Positions 37,953 through 48,026 of a stretch of DNA of 64,000 nucleotides are shown one piece after another. The DNA is from a bacterium. GTDB lineage: Bacteria > Electryoneota > Electryoneia > Electryoneales > Electryoneaceae. A program made the position numbers and the translations under genes. The notes under the pieces were generated by a model, which made no database searches, had not been told where the DNA came from, and saw only the letters and a program-made list of their open reading frames with translations. The stretch covers positions 2,272,001-2,336,000 of the forward strand of contig CAXXKJ010000002.1 of assembly GCA_963675295.2 (NCBI GenBank). The letters are read 5' to 3'. Position 1 is the stretch's first letter; every line of letters starts with the position of its first letter.

Positions 37953-40900
37953 GTGAGTCTGACCAGATGTCGCCGTGGGCAGCGTCGGGTGAACTCTGTA
38001 GTTTTCTCCGCCCTCGCGCTGTTCCTGTTGAGTTTGCTTCCCTTGAACGCGTCCGCGTTTAACCGTGCCGGGCTCTCTCCGAGCGTTCCAGGCTGGTTTG
38101 ATCCGGATGAGGATCTCCGTGCGCCCAAGCCGTACCAGGCGTTTGGCGTTGACAGCCTCGCTGGTTTCAACGTTGAGGGTATCCTGTTTCGCGTGGAAAC
38201 GGAACTGGATTCAGCGCGCGGGTATTACATCTCGACTCGTGAATTATTTGGCCGGGAGTATGGCCGTCCCATTGTCGAATCGCGAGAAACCTACCGTGAA
38301 GACCGTTTCAAACGGGACCGTGTCAAGTACTTGAAAGACGACTTCCTGGAACGGATCAAGCGTCCCTCGGCGAACGCCGGCGAGGATGCGATTGAGATCC
38401 AGGTTCCGTTCAAGATCCAGAACAAGACATTCCGCCGGATTTTCGGTGGTGACCGTGTCGGACTGCGGGTGTCCGGCAAGATCACCGTCGATGGCGGACT
38501 CCGCCGTGAAACCTCGGACCAGGTTGTAACGACTCAGACCGACCAGGCGAATTACAATTTCAAGATTGACCAGACGCAGCAGTTCCGGATCGTGGGTAAG
38601 GTGGGTGACAAGGTCTCGGTGGAAATTGACCAGGACTCGGAACGTGTGTTCGAATTCGAGAACAATGTCAAACTCGAATACACCGGCTATGAAGACGAGA
38701 TCATCCAGTCGATCGAGGCGGGTAACGTTTCGTTGACCCTTCCCGGGACGCAGCTGGCGACGCTGACTGCGAAAAACGAGGGCCTGTTTGGCTTCAAGAC
38801 GGTCTCGAAGGTGGGCGCGTTGTCGATCACGACGATCGCGTCGCTGCAGAACGGTGAAAAGAACAAGCTGAGCTACACCGGCGGCAGCGAGTCGCAGACG
38901 AAGCGTGTCAATGACGTTGATTACGTCACCAACCAGTACTTCTTCCTCGATCCGGTTTACCGGGAAACGTTCCCAACCTTTACGCTCGACTACGTCCGAC
39001 AGGCGCAGCAGGCTGAGATCTCAAACCTCGAAGTGTACCGCAGCGTGGTCGCCGGGGCGGGTGATGTCTCGACCTTGCTCGAGGGTATCGCGATTTACGA
39101 TGAATCGATCGCGAACAAGGTTCCGGATGTTTCCGGGTTGACAGTTCAAGAGCTGTCGGACTTCGTGGACAGCTTGAGCGCGGACACTGAACTTCAATCG
39201 GCTGACTGGGTGGAACGTGGCTTCTTCAAAAAACTGGAGGAAGGCACGGACTACGAGTACCACAAGGACTTCGGGTACATCCGGCTGCGGTATGCGGCCC
39301 AGGGGAACGAAGTCATCGGTGTGTCATATACGGTGAACGGGCAGCACGTCGGTGTGAACAACGTCAACTTCCCGGGCGGTAACAAGACCGTCCTGAAGTT
39401 GATCAAGCCGACCAGTCCGAAGCCGTCCAACCCGACGTGGAACCTGGAGTGGAAGCACGTCTACTGGGTCGGCACGACGAATCTTAAGGAAGGCGATTTC
39501 GATTTCCGCATTTTGCGGAACAATACCGAGCAGAGCCAGACCAACGCTCAGAACAAGAGCTGGCTGGAAGTGTTCGGCCTCGACGTGTTCAACAGCGATG
39601 GCGCGAAGACGCCGGACGGGATCATCGATGCGCAGTGGGTGCGGCTGGGTGATGGTGAAATCCACTTCCCGGATCTGCGTCCGTTCGACCCGGCGGGGTA
39701 TGTCGTGGGCTCGGACTCGGTGTTCATCGACCTGTCAGAGGAGCTGCGCAACCCCAATATCTACGATGTGTTGCCGAATTCCGGTGTCACGATTGAAAAG
39801 AAGTTCGTACTCGAATCAGAATACAGCAATACGTCCGCGAACATCAACCTGGGCATTAACGTCCTCGAGGGTTCGGAAGAGGTTTTCCTCAACGGGGCAC
39901 TGTTGAAGAAGGACCAGGACTACATCATCGACTACCTTTCTGGCCAGATCACGATCCTCAACGAAGCTGCATTCGACCCGAATGCGAACCTCGAGATCAA
40001 GTATGAATCCGGTGAGGTGTTCCAGCTCGATCAGCGAACGATGCTGGGTATTCGTCTCGAGTATGCTCTCTGGGAAGACTCGTTCATCGGCCTGACGCTG
40101 CTGAATTTCAACGAAAAACCGATTGAAAAGCGCGTCAAGGTTGGTAACGAACCGTTGCAGAACTTCATCTGGGACGCGAACACCCGGTTGCGTTTCCACC
40201 CGTATTTCATGACGCAGATGGTGAACGCGATCCCGTTGATCAGCACCGACGAACCGTCCGAGGTGGTGTTCGAGGGTGAAATCGCGCAGGTCTTCCCGAA
40301 CCCGAACAGCCTCAACAACGGCTCGACCGGCGACAACGACGGTGTTGCCTACATCGACGACTTCGAAGCGTCTCAACGTGCAACGCCGCTGGGCGTGCGC
40401 CGTAAGAACTGGTACGCCGCGTCGCACCCGGTCCGCCTGCCGTTCTGGAATCAGAAAATGACGGCCAACGACAACAACGATTTCCGGATGCGGTTGTACT
40501 GGTGGAATCCGTACAAGCAGATTCCGATTACGGACATCTGGCCGAACCGTGAAGTGAACAGCAACGTGCCGAACAACACGGACGTGCTGAGCATGCGGTT
40601 CGATCCGGAAGTGAACAATCTGCGCCGTGCTGACGTTGATCCCGAGGACACGTGGAACGGTGTGATGCGTTCATTGTCCGCTGGTTTCCACAACCAGTCG
40701 AACACCAAGTTCATCGAAGTGTGGATGCAGTGGAACGGGCAGGGCGGTCCAAACGCGGCGATCTACTTCGACATGGGGCAGATCAGCGAGGATGTGATTC
40801 CGAACGGCCAGCTGGACAGCGAAGACGAACCGCTGTATTCGGACTCGAATATCGGCAACAAAATCCTCGACGACGGCGAAGATATTGGAATCGACGGGAT

Positions 40901-43900
40901 TGATGACGATGACCCGCCATGGCGCAACGGATCCGAGACAAGCGGTGAGCCGTGGACTGTTGAAAATGAGAACTACGATTACGACAGCCCGCAGTATGAC
41001 TGGTGGGACATCAACGGTAACGGTGTTCACGACGCCGGCGACGGATCGCTGAGCAACCCACCTGAGCCGTTCTCGTCGGACGACTGGTCGTTCAGTGCGT
41101 CGTCGCCGAACGATGTTGACCAGATCAACGGGACGGAAAACAACCAGGACGACGAAGCGCGGTATCCGGATACGGAAGACCTCGACGGCGACCTGAACCT
41201 GAACCAGGCGAACAATTTCTTCCGCTACCAGTTCCGGTTGAACGATCCGGAGCATTTCACCAAGTACGTTCGTGGTGGGCAGAGCAATCCGAAGAAATGG
41301 TATCTGGTCCGCATCCCGATTGAAGATGTATTCGACGAGGTCAACGAGCCGGACCTGACGCAGATCGAGTTCTTCCGCGTGTGGGCGACGGGGTTGAGTA
41401 GCCCGGCATCAGTGCAGATCGCGCAGATCGAGCTGGTCGGGAATGAGTGGCTGGAAGATCCGATCGTCAATCCGGTGACCGGTGACACGACGGTGTATGT
41501 CACCGCGACGACGATCAACACGTACGACAACTCGGAAGATTACAATCCGCCGCCGGGCGTGGCTGGTGAAATCGACCCGATCACCGACATTCGCAGCAAG
41601 GAACAGTCACTGGTGATGTCACTGCGTGACATTCCGACCGCGGTCGAAGGTCAGCTTATCAAGTACCTGTATAACGAGCAGGATCTGCGTGAGTACCGGC
41701 TGCTGAAGATGTTTGTGAACGGTGGTGGGCGGAATCAGCAGGCCTTGGAAAACAAGGATCTGGAATTCTTCCTGCGTTTCGGTTCGGGTCTGGAGGGGTC
41801 GAATCTCGGGTATTACGAATACTCGCTGCCGCTGAAACCTGGATGGGACGAAAACAGCATCGAGATCAACCTCGACCGTCTCACCAGCTTGAAAAAGAAG
41901 GCGGAAGAGTCAGGCGAAGATTTTGCGTATGAAACGCTGGCGAACGGTCACACGATGAAGGTGATCGGCACGCCGTCGATTGGTTCGGTCAACCTGTACG
42001 CCGTCGGTGTGCGGAATAACGGCAGGCCGGTCTCATCGGATGAGGGCATCGAGGTCTGGGTGGACGAATTGCGCCTGTCGGGTGTTCGCAAGGAACGCGG
42101 CATGGCAATGCGCAGCTCGCTCGACATGAGTTTCGCTGACTTCTTCGATCTGCAGACGAACATCAAGCAGTCGGACGCCGAGTTCCACCAGGTGGACCAG
42201 CGTTCCGGCTCGGACCAGAGCTCGATTGACGCCTCTGTGAGTGGCTCGTTGCAACTGGACAAGTTCCTCGATCCGTCGCTGGGTGTACGTTTGCCGTTGC
42301 GCGGGTCTGTTTCCAGCAAGCTGGACATTCCGAAGTACACGTCGGGCAATGGGGATGTGCGCACCGAATCGCTGGTCGATCAGGGCGAGCTGAATGTGTG
42401 GAAACGCTATGGCGACATGGCGTTGAGCAAGGAACACTACAACGACAAATATCTGCGCGATGAAAGCGGCGGGGTGGTTGTCGATGAAACCACGGGTATT
42501 CCGTTGCAGGACCGGTCGGCCTGGGGCGTGGACACGTTGTTCACGACGTCGCAGAATTATTCCTGGAGTCTGAACTACTCGAAGTCCGGCCAGAGCAGTC
42601 ACTGGTTGCCGAAGTACACGATTGACAAGCTCAGTTCCAGCTACAGCCGGTCAGAGAAGTATTCCTCCAGCCTCAGCTACCAGTACCAGAAGACGTTTAC
42701 CAACAACGGGAGCGTGTCGTACTCGTTGCCGCTGGAACGGCAGGAGCTGAACGTTTTCGGGTGGACAGAACGGATTCCGGTGCTGGAGACGCTGGCGGAT
42801 TCCAAGTTGAATTACCTGCCGACACGGTTGAATGGTGGCGTTGATGCCTCGGAGACGATCAAGTCGCAGAAGTACCGGAACGCGTTGGAGCGGCCGTCGT
42901 ACACGTTGGGCATGACCCGTGACTGGGGGACGAGTTTCAGCCCGTTCCGCCCGTTGTCGTTTGACTACGATTATTCGATTCAGTCGCAGCATGTGCGGCA
43001 GGACAGCTCGCGGCAGCAGATTCTTTACGATGATCAGCCGGATTCGGTGCGTCAACGGGTATTTGATCCCGGGACGACGGACCTGACAATGGTCGAGGAA
43101 CTTATCTCGCAGTTGCAAGAGGTCACGTTTGGACAGGATGGCCAGGACATTGCCAACCAGGCGCAGACGAAACTGAACAATGGCGAACCTCCGGCGGATA
43201 TCCTCGAGTTCATTTACAGTGAAGCGAGGATCAGGTTACCGGGCGATCTGGCGTCGTATCTGAAGCAGCCGTGGGATCGGATACCGAGCGACGATCCGAG
43301 ATACAGCGAGACGTTCTGGAGTGCGCTGAACCTGCCGTTCGCTGATACGCAGAAGACGCAGAATGTGCGGTTCAACTATTCGCCGAGCATCGTCTCCTGG
43401 CTAACCACCAGCATGGACTACTCCAGCCGGTACACGTGGTCATGGTCCGGTTTCAAGTACACCGGGCGGTCGATCCAGACCAGCAACAATCTCGGCGGCA
43501 GTATGTCGTTCCGTTTGCGTCAGATCCTGCCCGCGGAACGTGGCGAGGGCAGTGTGCAGGACCAGCAGGAGCGGGATTTCGCGCGTCTGTTGGGCCGTGA
43601 GGAAGAGACGGAAGGCGAAGAGGGCGGCGAAGAAGGGGACGAGGAAGAACAGGGGCCGAGCGACGAAGAACGTTTGCGTGCGAACCAGCAGGCGATTCTG
43701 CGCGCGATCAACCCGGTCAACCTTGGTCTCGGATTCCTGCGGCGGCTGCAGGATATCCGGGTGAACTACAACCAGTCGACGTCGTTCAACACGCCGGGCG
43801 TTGAGGATGGCACTCCGAGCTGGGAGTATCGTCTCGGTTTCACCGGCGATTCCGGCTTGAACCAGGTGCCGAATATCTCATCAGTGACAACCGCGAACCG

Positions 43901-44717
43901 TACGGATGACTACCGTCTCAGTTCCGGTGTGGACTGGACGACCCGGTTGAGCACGAGCATCGATTACAACATCAAGTTCTCACAATCCTCCGGGAACAAG
44001 GTTTCAGGCCAGACGACGCGTTCAGCGTTCTATTTGTTCAACAAGGACGATGAGTCGTTGACGGCGCTGGACATTCCGAACTACACGGTGCGTTGGTCGG
44101 GACTCGAGCAGTTCGGACCGTTGAAGAACATCGCGCAGACGATTTCCTTCGATCACAGCTACCGTGGTGAAACCAGCGAAAGCTGGGAACGGGTGGTGCA
44201 GCCGGACAGCCTGGGCGGAATCCGGCGGCAGGTGCAGTCGCGTTCGTTCAGCCGGCAGTTCAGCCCGCTGGCAGGGTTCAATATCACATGGATGCACAGT
44301 ATCAGCACCACCGCACGCTACAACTGGTCGCAGCGTTACAACGTGACGGCCAGCAACAACACGAAGACGCGTAACACCGAACAGAGCATCACATTGTCGG
44401 TGAACTACACGCGCAAGACCGGGTTCCGGATTCCGATTCCGGTGTGGCCGTTCAAGAACAAGCGTTTCGACAACGAAACCACGTTCGCGTTGAGCTTTGA
44501 CAGGACCGCGAGCCGCAACGAAACGCAGCGTGAGGGGTCCGGGTTCGAGATGACGGACGAGCGGTTGAGCTGGTCGGTGGGGCCGAATGTGAACTATCGT
44601 TTCTCGCGGAATGTCAGCGGCAGTGTCCGGTACAAGTACGGTGTGACGGAAACGGTGACGAACACGACGAAGTTCCAGGAATTCGGTATCAACGTCCAGA
44701 TCAACATTCGTGGGTAG
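37953..44717 (+). CDS. sprA: Cell-surface protein SprA (type IX secretion outer-membrane translocon)
   Basis: 2254 aa; IQSIEAGNVSLTLP, GLFGFK, DYIIDYLSG, AYIDDFE, QISEDVIPNG, PDTEDLDGD, VWVDELRL, QFSPLAG; beta-rich C-terminus. Confidence 0.9.
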   Translation: MSLTRCRRGQRRVNSVVFSALALFLLSLLPLNASAFNRAGLSPSVPGWFDPDEDLRAPKPYQAFGVDSLAGFNVEGILFRVETELDSARGYYISTRELFGREYGRPIVESRETYREDRFKRDRVKYLKDDFLERIKRPSANAGEDAIEIQVPFKIQNKTFRRIFGGDRVGLRVSGKITVDGGLRRETSDQVVTTQTDQANYNFKIDQTQQFRIVGKVGDKVSVEIDQDSERVFEFENNVKLEYTGYEDEIIQSIEAGNVSLTLPGTQLATLTAKNEGLFGFKTVSKVGALSITTIASLQNGEKNKLSYTGGSESQTKRVNDVDYVTNQYFFLDPVYRETFPTFTLDYVRQAQQAEISNLEVYRSVVAGAGDVSTLLEGIAIYDESIANKVPDVSGLTVQELSDFVDSLSADTELQSADWVERGFFKKLEEGTDYEYHKDFGYIRLRYAAQGNEVIGVSYTVNGQHVGVNNVNFPGGNKTVLKLIKPTSPKPSNPTWNLEWKHVYWVGTTNLKEGDFDFRILRNNTEQSQTNAQNKSWLEVFGLDVFNSDGAKTPDGIIDAQWVRLGDGEIHFPDLRPFDPAGYVVGSDSVFIDLSEELRNPNIYDVLPNSGVTIEKKFVLESEYSNTSANINLGINVLEGSEEVFLNGALLKKDQDYIIDYLSGQITILNEAAFDPNANLEIKYESGEVFQLDQRTMLGIRLEYALWEDSFIGLTLLNFNEKPIEKRVKVGNEPLQNFIWDANTRLRFHPYFMTQMVNAIPLISTDEPSEVVFEGEIAQVFPNPNSLNNGSTGDNDGVAYIDDFEASQRATPLGVRRKNWYAASHPVRLPFWNQKMTANDNNDFRMRLYWWNPYKQIPITDIWPNREVNSNVPNNTDVLSMRFDPEVNNLRRADVDPEDTWNGVMRSLSAGFHNQSNTKFIEVWMQWNGQGGPNAAIYFDMGQISEDVIPNGQLDSEDEPLYSDSNIGNKILDDGEDIGIDGIDDDDPPWRNGSETSGEPWTVENENYDYDSPQYDWWDINGNGVHDAGDGSLSNPPEPFSSDDWSFSASSPNDVDQINGTENNQDDEARYPDTEDLDGDLNLNQANNFFRYQFRLNDPEHFTKYVRGGQSNPKKWYLVRIPIEDVFDEVNEPDLTQIEFFRVWATGLSSPASVQIAQIELVGNEWLEDPIVNPVTGDTTVYVTATTINTYDNSEDYNPPPGVAGEIDPITDIRSKEQSLVMSLRDIPTAVEGQLIKYLYNEQDLREYRLLKMFVNGGGRNQQALENKDLEFFLRFGSGLEGSNLGYYEYSLPLKPGWDENSIEINLDRLTSLKKKAEESGEDFAYETLANGHTMKVIGTPSIGSVNLYAVGVRNNGRPVSSDEGIEVWVDELRLSGVRKERGMAMRSSLDMSFADFFDLQTNIKQSDAEFHQVDQRSGSDQSSIDASVSGSLQLDKFLDPSLGVRLPLRGSVSSKLDIPKYTSGNGDVRTESLVDQGELNVWKRYGDMALSKEHYNDKYLRDESGGVVVDETTGIPLQDRSAWGVDTLFTTSQNYSWSLNYSKSGQSSHWLPKYTIDKLSSSYSRSEKYSSSLSYQYQKTFTNNGSVSYSLPLERQELNVFGWTERIPVLETLADSKLNYLPTRLNGGVDASETIKSQKYRNALERPSYTLGMTRDWGTSFSPFRPLSFDYDYSIQSQHVRQDSSRQQILYDDQPDSVRQRVFDPGTTDLTMVEELISQLQEVTFGQDGQDIANQAQTKLNNGEPPADILEFIYSEARIRLPGDLASYLKQPWDRIPSDDPRYSETFWSALNLPFADTQKTQNVRFNYSPSIVSWLTTSMDYSSRYTWSWSGFKYTGRSIQTSNNLGGSMSFRLRQILPAERGEGSVQDQQERDFARLLGREEETEGEEGGEEGDEEEQGPSDEERLRANQQAILRAINPVNLGLGFLRRLQDIRVNYNQSTSFNTPGVEDGTPSWEYRLGFTGDSGLNQVPNISSVTTANRTDDYRLSSGVDWTTRLSTSIDYNIKFSQSSGNKVSGQTTRSAFYLFNKDDESLTALDIPNYTVRWSGLEQFGPLKNIAQTISFDHSYRGETSESWERVVQPDSLGGIRRQVQSRSFSRQFSPLAGFNITWMHSISTTARYNWSQRYNVTASNNTKTRNTEQSITLSVNYTRKTGFRIPIPVWPFKNKRFDNETTFALSFDRTASRNETQREGSGFEMTDERLSWSVGPNVNYRFSRNVSGSVRYKYGVTETVTNTTKFQEFGINVQINIRG

Positions 44718-45052
44718 TTGATTCCGTGAAAGTTAGCTGATATTGCTGTAACCTCACTGGGAGGCCGCGGAAAAGAGGACTGCCTTTTTTCCCAGACTGC
44801 TTCTCGCTACTTTGCATTGCTCACCTGCGCGGATTGGTTGCCACACTGGTAGTGATGGCGGAAACACGTTGGACACGGTGATGGCGTGACACCGGGAAAT
44901 GGTTCCCGTGTCCGTGGATGGATGATCGCGCCCGGTCGAGTCTGTCACGCAAGTCGTGTATTCATTTTGGTTTGCAGCTGCATTCGGGTTATTCAGACGG
45001 ATGCGCTTGACGGTAGTTTTACCGTCGCATAAGGTGTCATGAAAGGCCGTAT

Positions 45053-46885
45053 ATGTGCGGAATTATTGGATACGTCGGTCAACGACCGGCTACACCGTTG
45101 TTGCTGGACGGGTTGAAACGTCTCGAATACCGGGGGTATGACTCCTCGGGCATTGCGTTGATGCAGGACGATGGGATCAACGTGATGAAGAAGCAGGGAC
45201 GGATCAGCGCGTTGGAAGGGATGTTGAACGGTCACATCGCCGATTCCAAGGCGACCGTCGGCATCGGGCATACGCGTTGGGCGACGCATGGCGTGCCCAA
45301 CGATCTCAACGCTCACCCGCATTATTCGATGGGTGGCGATCTGGTTTTGATTCACAACGGCATCATCGAGAATTTCAGCGAACTGAAGGAATACCTCAGC
45401 AATACGGGCTACACGTTTACCAGCGACACCGACACGGAAGTGCTCGCCAACCTGATCCTCGACTTTTACGAGGGCGATCTGCTCAAGGCGGTGGTGCGTG
45501 CGTTGCATCGTATCGCGGGCACGTACGGCATCGTGGTGATGCACAAGGATCACCCGCGTAGCATGGTTGTCGCACGCAAGGGCAGTCCGCTGGTGGTGGG
45601 TGTGGGTGAGGATGAGTATTTCGTCGCGTCGGATCTCGCGGCGATGGTGGAACACACCCGGGACGTCATCTTCCTCAACGACAATGAAGTCGGCATCATC
45701 GAGGACAGCGGCTTCCGTCACTTCAACCTCGACCAATCCCCGATCCAGCGTCAGATCACGCACATCGACTTCACGCTCGAGCAGATCGAAAAGGGCGGCT
45801 ACCGTCACTTCATGCTGAAGGAAATCATGGAGCAGCCGCAGACGCTCGAGGATACGATGCGCGGGCGGTTGCTGCCGGATGGTGGCATCAAGCTGGGTGG
45901 GCTGAACCAGCATCTGGACGAACTGGCGAATGCCGACCGGATCCTGCTGCTCGCGTGCGGAACGTCCTACCACGCCGGGCTTGTCGGCGAATACCTGATC
46001 GAGGAACTGGCTCGGATTCCGGTGGAAGTGGAATATGCGTCCGAGTTTCGCTACCGGAACCCGTTGATTCCGCCGAACACGGTGGCGTTCGCGATCAGCC
46101 AGTCCGGTGAGACGATTGATACGCTGGAAGCATTGCGTGAGGCGAAATCGCGCGGTGCGTTGGGGCTGGGGATTGTCAACAGTGTCGGGTCCACGATTGC
46201 GCGTGAGAGTGTCGGCGGGGTGTACCTGCACGCCGGCCCGGAGATCGGGGTGGCGTCCACGAAGGCGTTCACGTCACAGGTCACGGTACTCACTCTGATT
46301 GCGTTGCTGTTGCGGCAGCAACGGATGGGGCTGGATGAGACCAGCCAGGAAATCACGGATGCGTTGCGGCGGATTCCGGATCAGGTGAGCCGGATTCTCG
46401 AGGATCATTCGCAGATCATCGACATCGCGAAGATGTTCAGCCGGGCGAGCAATTTCCTCTATCTCGGGCGCGGCACGCAGTATCCGGTCGCGCTGGAAGG
46501 CGCGTTGAAGCTGAAGGAAATCAGCTACATCCACGCCGAAGGGTATCCGGCGGCGGAGATGAAGCATGGGCCGATCGCGTTGATTGACCGCATGATGCCG
46601 GTGGTGGTGCTGGCGGCACAGAGCGGCGCGGAGAGTGCGAAGATCATCTCGAACACGCAGGAAGTGCGCGCGCGTGACGGAGTTGTCATCGCGGTAGTCA
46701 CCGAGGACGATCACCAGATGGACAACCTCGCGAACCACATCATCCGGATTCCGAAGACGTTGAACCTGCTGGTGCCGTTGCTGGCGGTGCTGCCGATGCA
46801 GCTGCTGTCGTATTATGTCGCCGACCTACTCGGGCTCGACATGGACAAGCCGCGGAATCTGGCGAAAGCGGTGACAGTTGAATGA
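45053..46885 (+). CDS. glmS: Glutamine-fructose-6-phosphate transaminase (isomerizing)
   Basis: MCGIIGY, LEYRGYDSSG, GHTRWATHG, SQSGET, KPRNLAKAVTVE. Confidence 0.98.
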   Translation: MCGIIGYVGQRPATPLLLDGLKRLEYRGYDSSGIALMQDDGINVMKKQGRISALEGMLNGHIADSKATVGIGHTRWATHGVPNDLNAHPHYSMGGDLVLIHNGIIENFSELKEYLSNTGYTFTSDTDTEVLANLILDFYEGDLLKAVVRALHRIAGTYGIVVMHKDHPRSMVVARKGSPLVVGVGEDEYFVASDLAAMVEHTRDVIFLNDNEVGIIEDSGFRHFNLDQSPIQRQITHIDFTLEQIEKGGYRHFMLKEIMEQPQTLEDTMRGRLLPDGGIKLGGLNQHLDELANADRILLLACGTSYHAGLVGEYLIEELARIPVEVEYASEFRYRNPLIPPNTVAFAISQSGETIDTLEALREAKSRGALGLGIVNSVGSTIARESVGGVYLHAGPEIGVASTKAFTSQVTVLTLIALLLRQQRMGLDETSQEITDALRRIPDQVSRILEDHSQIIDIAKMFSRASNFLYLGRGTQYPVALEGALKLKEISYIHAEGYPAAEMKHGPIALIDRMMPVVVLAAQSGAESAKIISNTQEVRARDGVVIAVVTEDDHQMDNLANHIIRIPKTLNLLVPLLAVLPMQLLSYYVADLLGLDMDKPRNLAKAVTVE

Positions 46886-46886
46886 A

Positions 46887-47016
46887 CCGGTTGTCGGTTC
46901 TCGGTAGTCGGTAAGCGGTAAAACAATACTGCAAACCGTTTTACGGGAGCCGTGAAAGTGGCGAAGAGATCTGTGTGAGCAGTTACCGACAACCGATCAC
47001 CGAATACCATGTACCA
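46887..47016. repeat. Inverted pair of heptamer arrays (tcggtNN x5 / NNaccga-like x5)
   Basis: ccggttg tcggttc tcggtag tcggtaa gcggtaa ... ttaccga caaccga tcaccga ataccat gtacca. Confidence 0.8.
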
Positions 47017-47074
47017 ATTTCCAGCAGGCCCCCATGCGGCGCCTGCTGTTTGTTTATCCGGGGGGAAACACAAG

Positions 47075-47788
47075 ATGAAGACCATTGGTTTGATCGGCGG
47101 GATGAGCTGGGAGAGTACGCAAACGTATTACAAGCTGATCAATGAAGGTGTGCGGGATCGGCTCGGCGGCCTGCATTCGGCGAAGATTCACATGGTCAGC
47201 GTCGATTTCGACGAGATCGCGCAGCAGCAATACTCGGGGCGCTGGGATGATATGGGTATGACGCTCGGTGACGCAGCGAAAACGCTCGAGGATTCCGGCG
47301 CGGATGTGGTGCTAATCTGCACGAACACGATGCACAAGGTGTACGACGCGGTGCAGGCGCGTGTCAGTGTGCCGATGCTGCATATCGCGGATGCGACTGG
47401 TGACGCGATCAAAGCGGCGGGGGTGAGGTCGGTGATCCTGCTCGGCACACGGTACACGATGGAGATGGAGTTTTACAAGGATCGGTTGGCGGAGAAATAC
47501 GGGCTGACGGTTCTGACGCCGAAAAAAGAGGACCGTGACGAGGTGCATCGGATCATCTACGACGAACTGGTGCAGGGGAAGGTGCTGGATGCGTCGCGGG
47601 AACGGATGCTCGGAATCATTGGTGGGTTGGTTGAGCAGGGCGGGAAAGGGGTGATTGCCGGTTGCACGGAAATCGGGCTCTTGTTACAGCAGGACCATCT
47701 CAGTGTGCCGCTGTTCGATACGGCAGTGATTCACGCGCAGGCGGCGGTGGGTTACAGTTTTCAGTTGTCAGTTGTCAGTGGTCAGTGA
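47075..47788 (+). CDS. Aspartate/glutamate racemase family protein (YgeA/RacX-like)
   Basis: GLIGGMSWEST, CTNTMH and GCTEI two-cysteine motifs. Confidence 0.93.
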   Translation: MKTIGLIGGMSWESTQTYYKLINEGVRDRLGGLHSAKIHMVSVDFDEIAQQQYSGRWDDMGMTLGDAAKTLEDSGADVVLICTNTMHKVYDAVQARVSVPMLHIADATGDAIKAAGVRSVILLGTRYTMEMEFYKDRLAEKYGLTVLTPKKEDRDEVHRIIYDELVQGKVLDASRERMLGIIGGLVEQGGKGVIAGCTEIGLLLQQDHLSVPLFDTAVIHAQAAVGYSFQLSVVSGQ

Positions 47789-48024
47789 AGGTCAACAGAT
47801 CCCGGACTGAAGTCCGAGGGCGTGATGGCTGAAGGTGCTTGGACGGCAGCGAATCCCGGACTGAAGTCCGAGGGCATGGAGAGTGGTAAGTGCTTGGGCT
47901 GCGGAGAATCGCGGACTGAAGTCCGAGGGCAGAGCAACACGCCCGCGTCTGTAAACAGACACGGGCACTTATCTTCAATCGACCTTCGACTACTGATCAC
48001 TGAGCACTGGTCACTGAGCACTGT
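47754..48024. repeat. Cassette bounded by inverted heptamer arrays, with three 23-bp REP-like units and a TAAA hairpin
   Basis: tcagtNN array (47754-88) vs NNactga array (47990-48024); atc(c/g)cggactgaagtccgagggc at 47799, 47853 and 47908; hairpin 47941-47966. Confidence 0.9.
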
Positions 48025-48026
48025 CC

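Noticed and set aside
44718-45052. glmS ribozyme
   Set aside because: No AGCGCC cleavage-site motif or GACGAGG core in the 335-bp upstream region; only generic hairpins.
47799-47930. CRISPR array (23-bp repeats, 31-32-nt spacers)
   Set aside because: Only three repeats, spacers resemble each other, no cas genes or AT-rich leader, and a variant occurs at 62368; better explained as a REP-like tandem.
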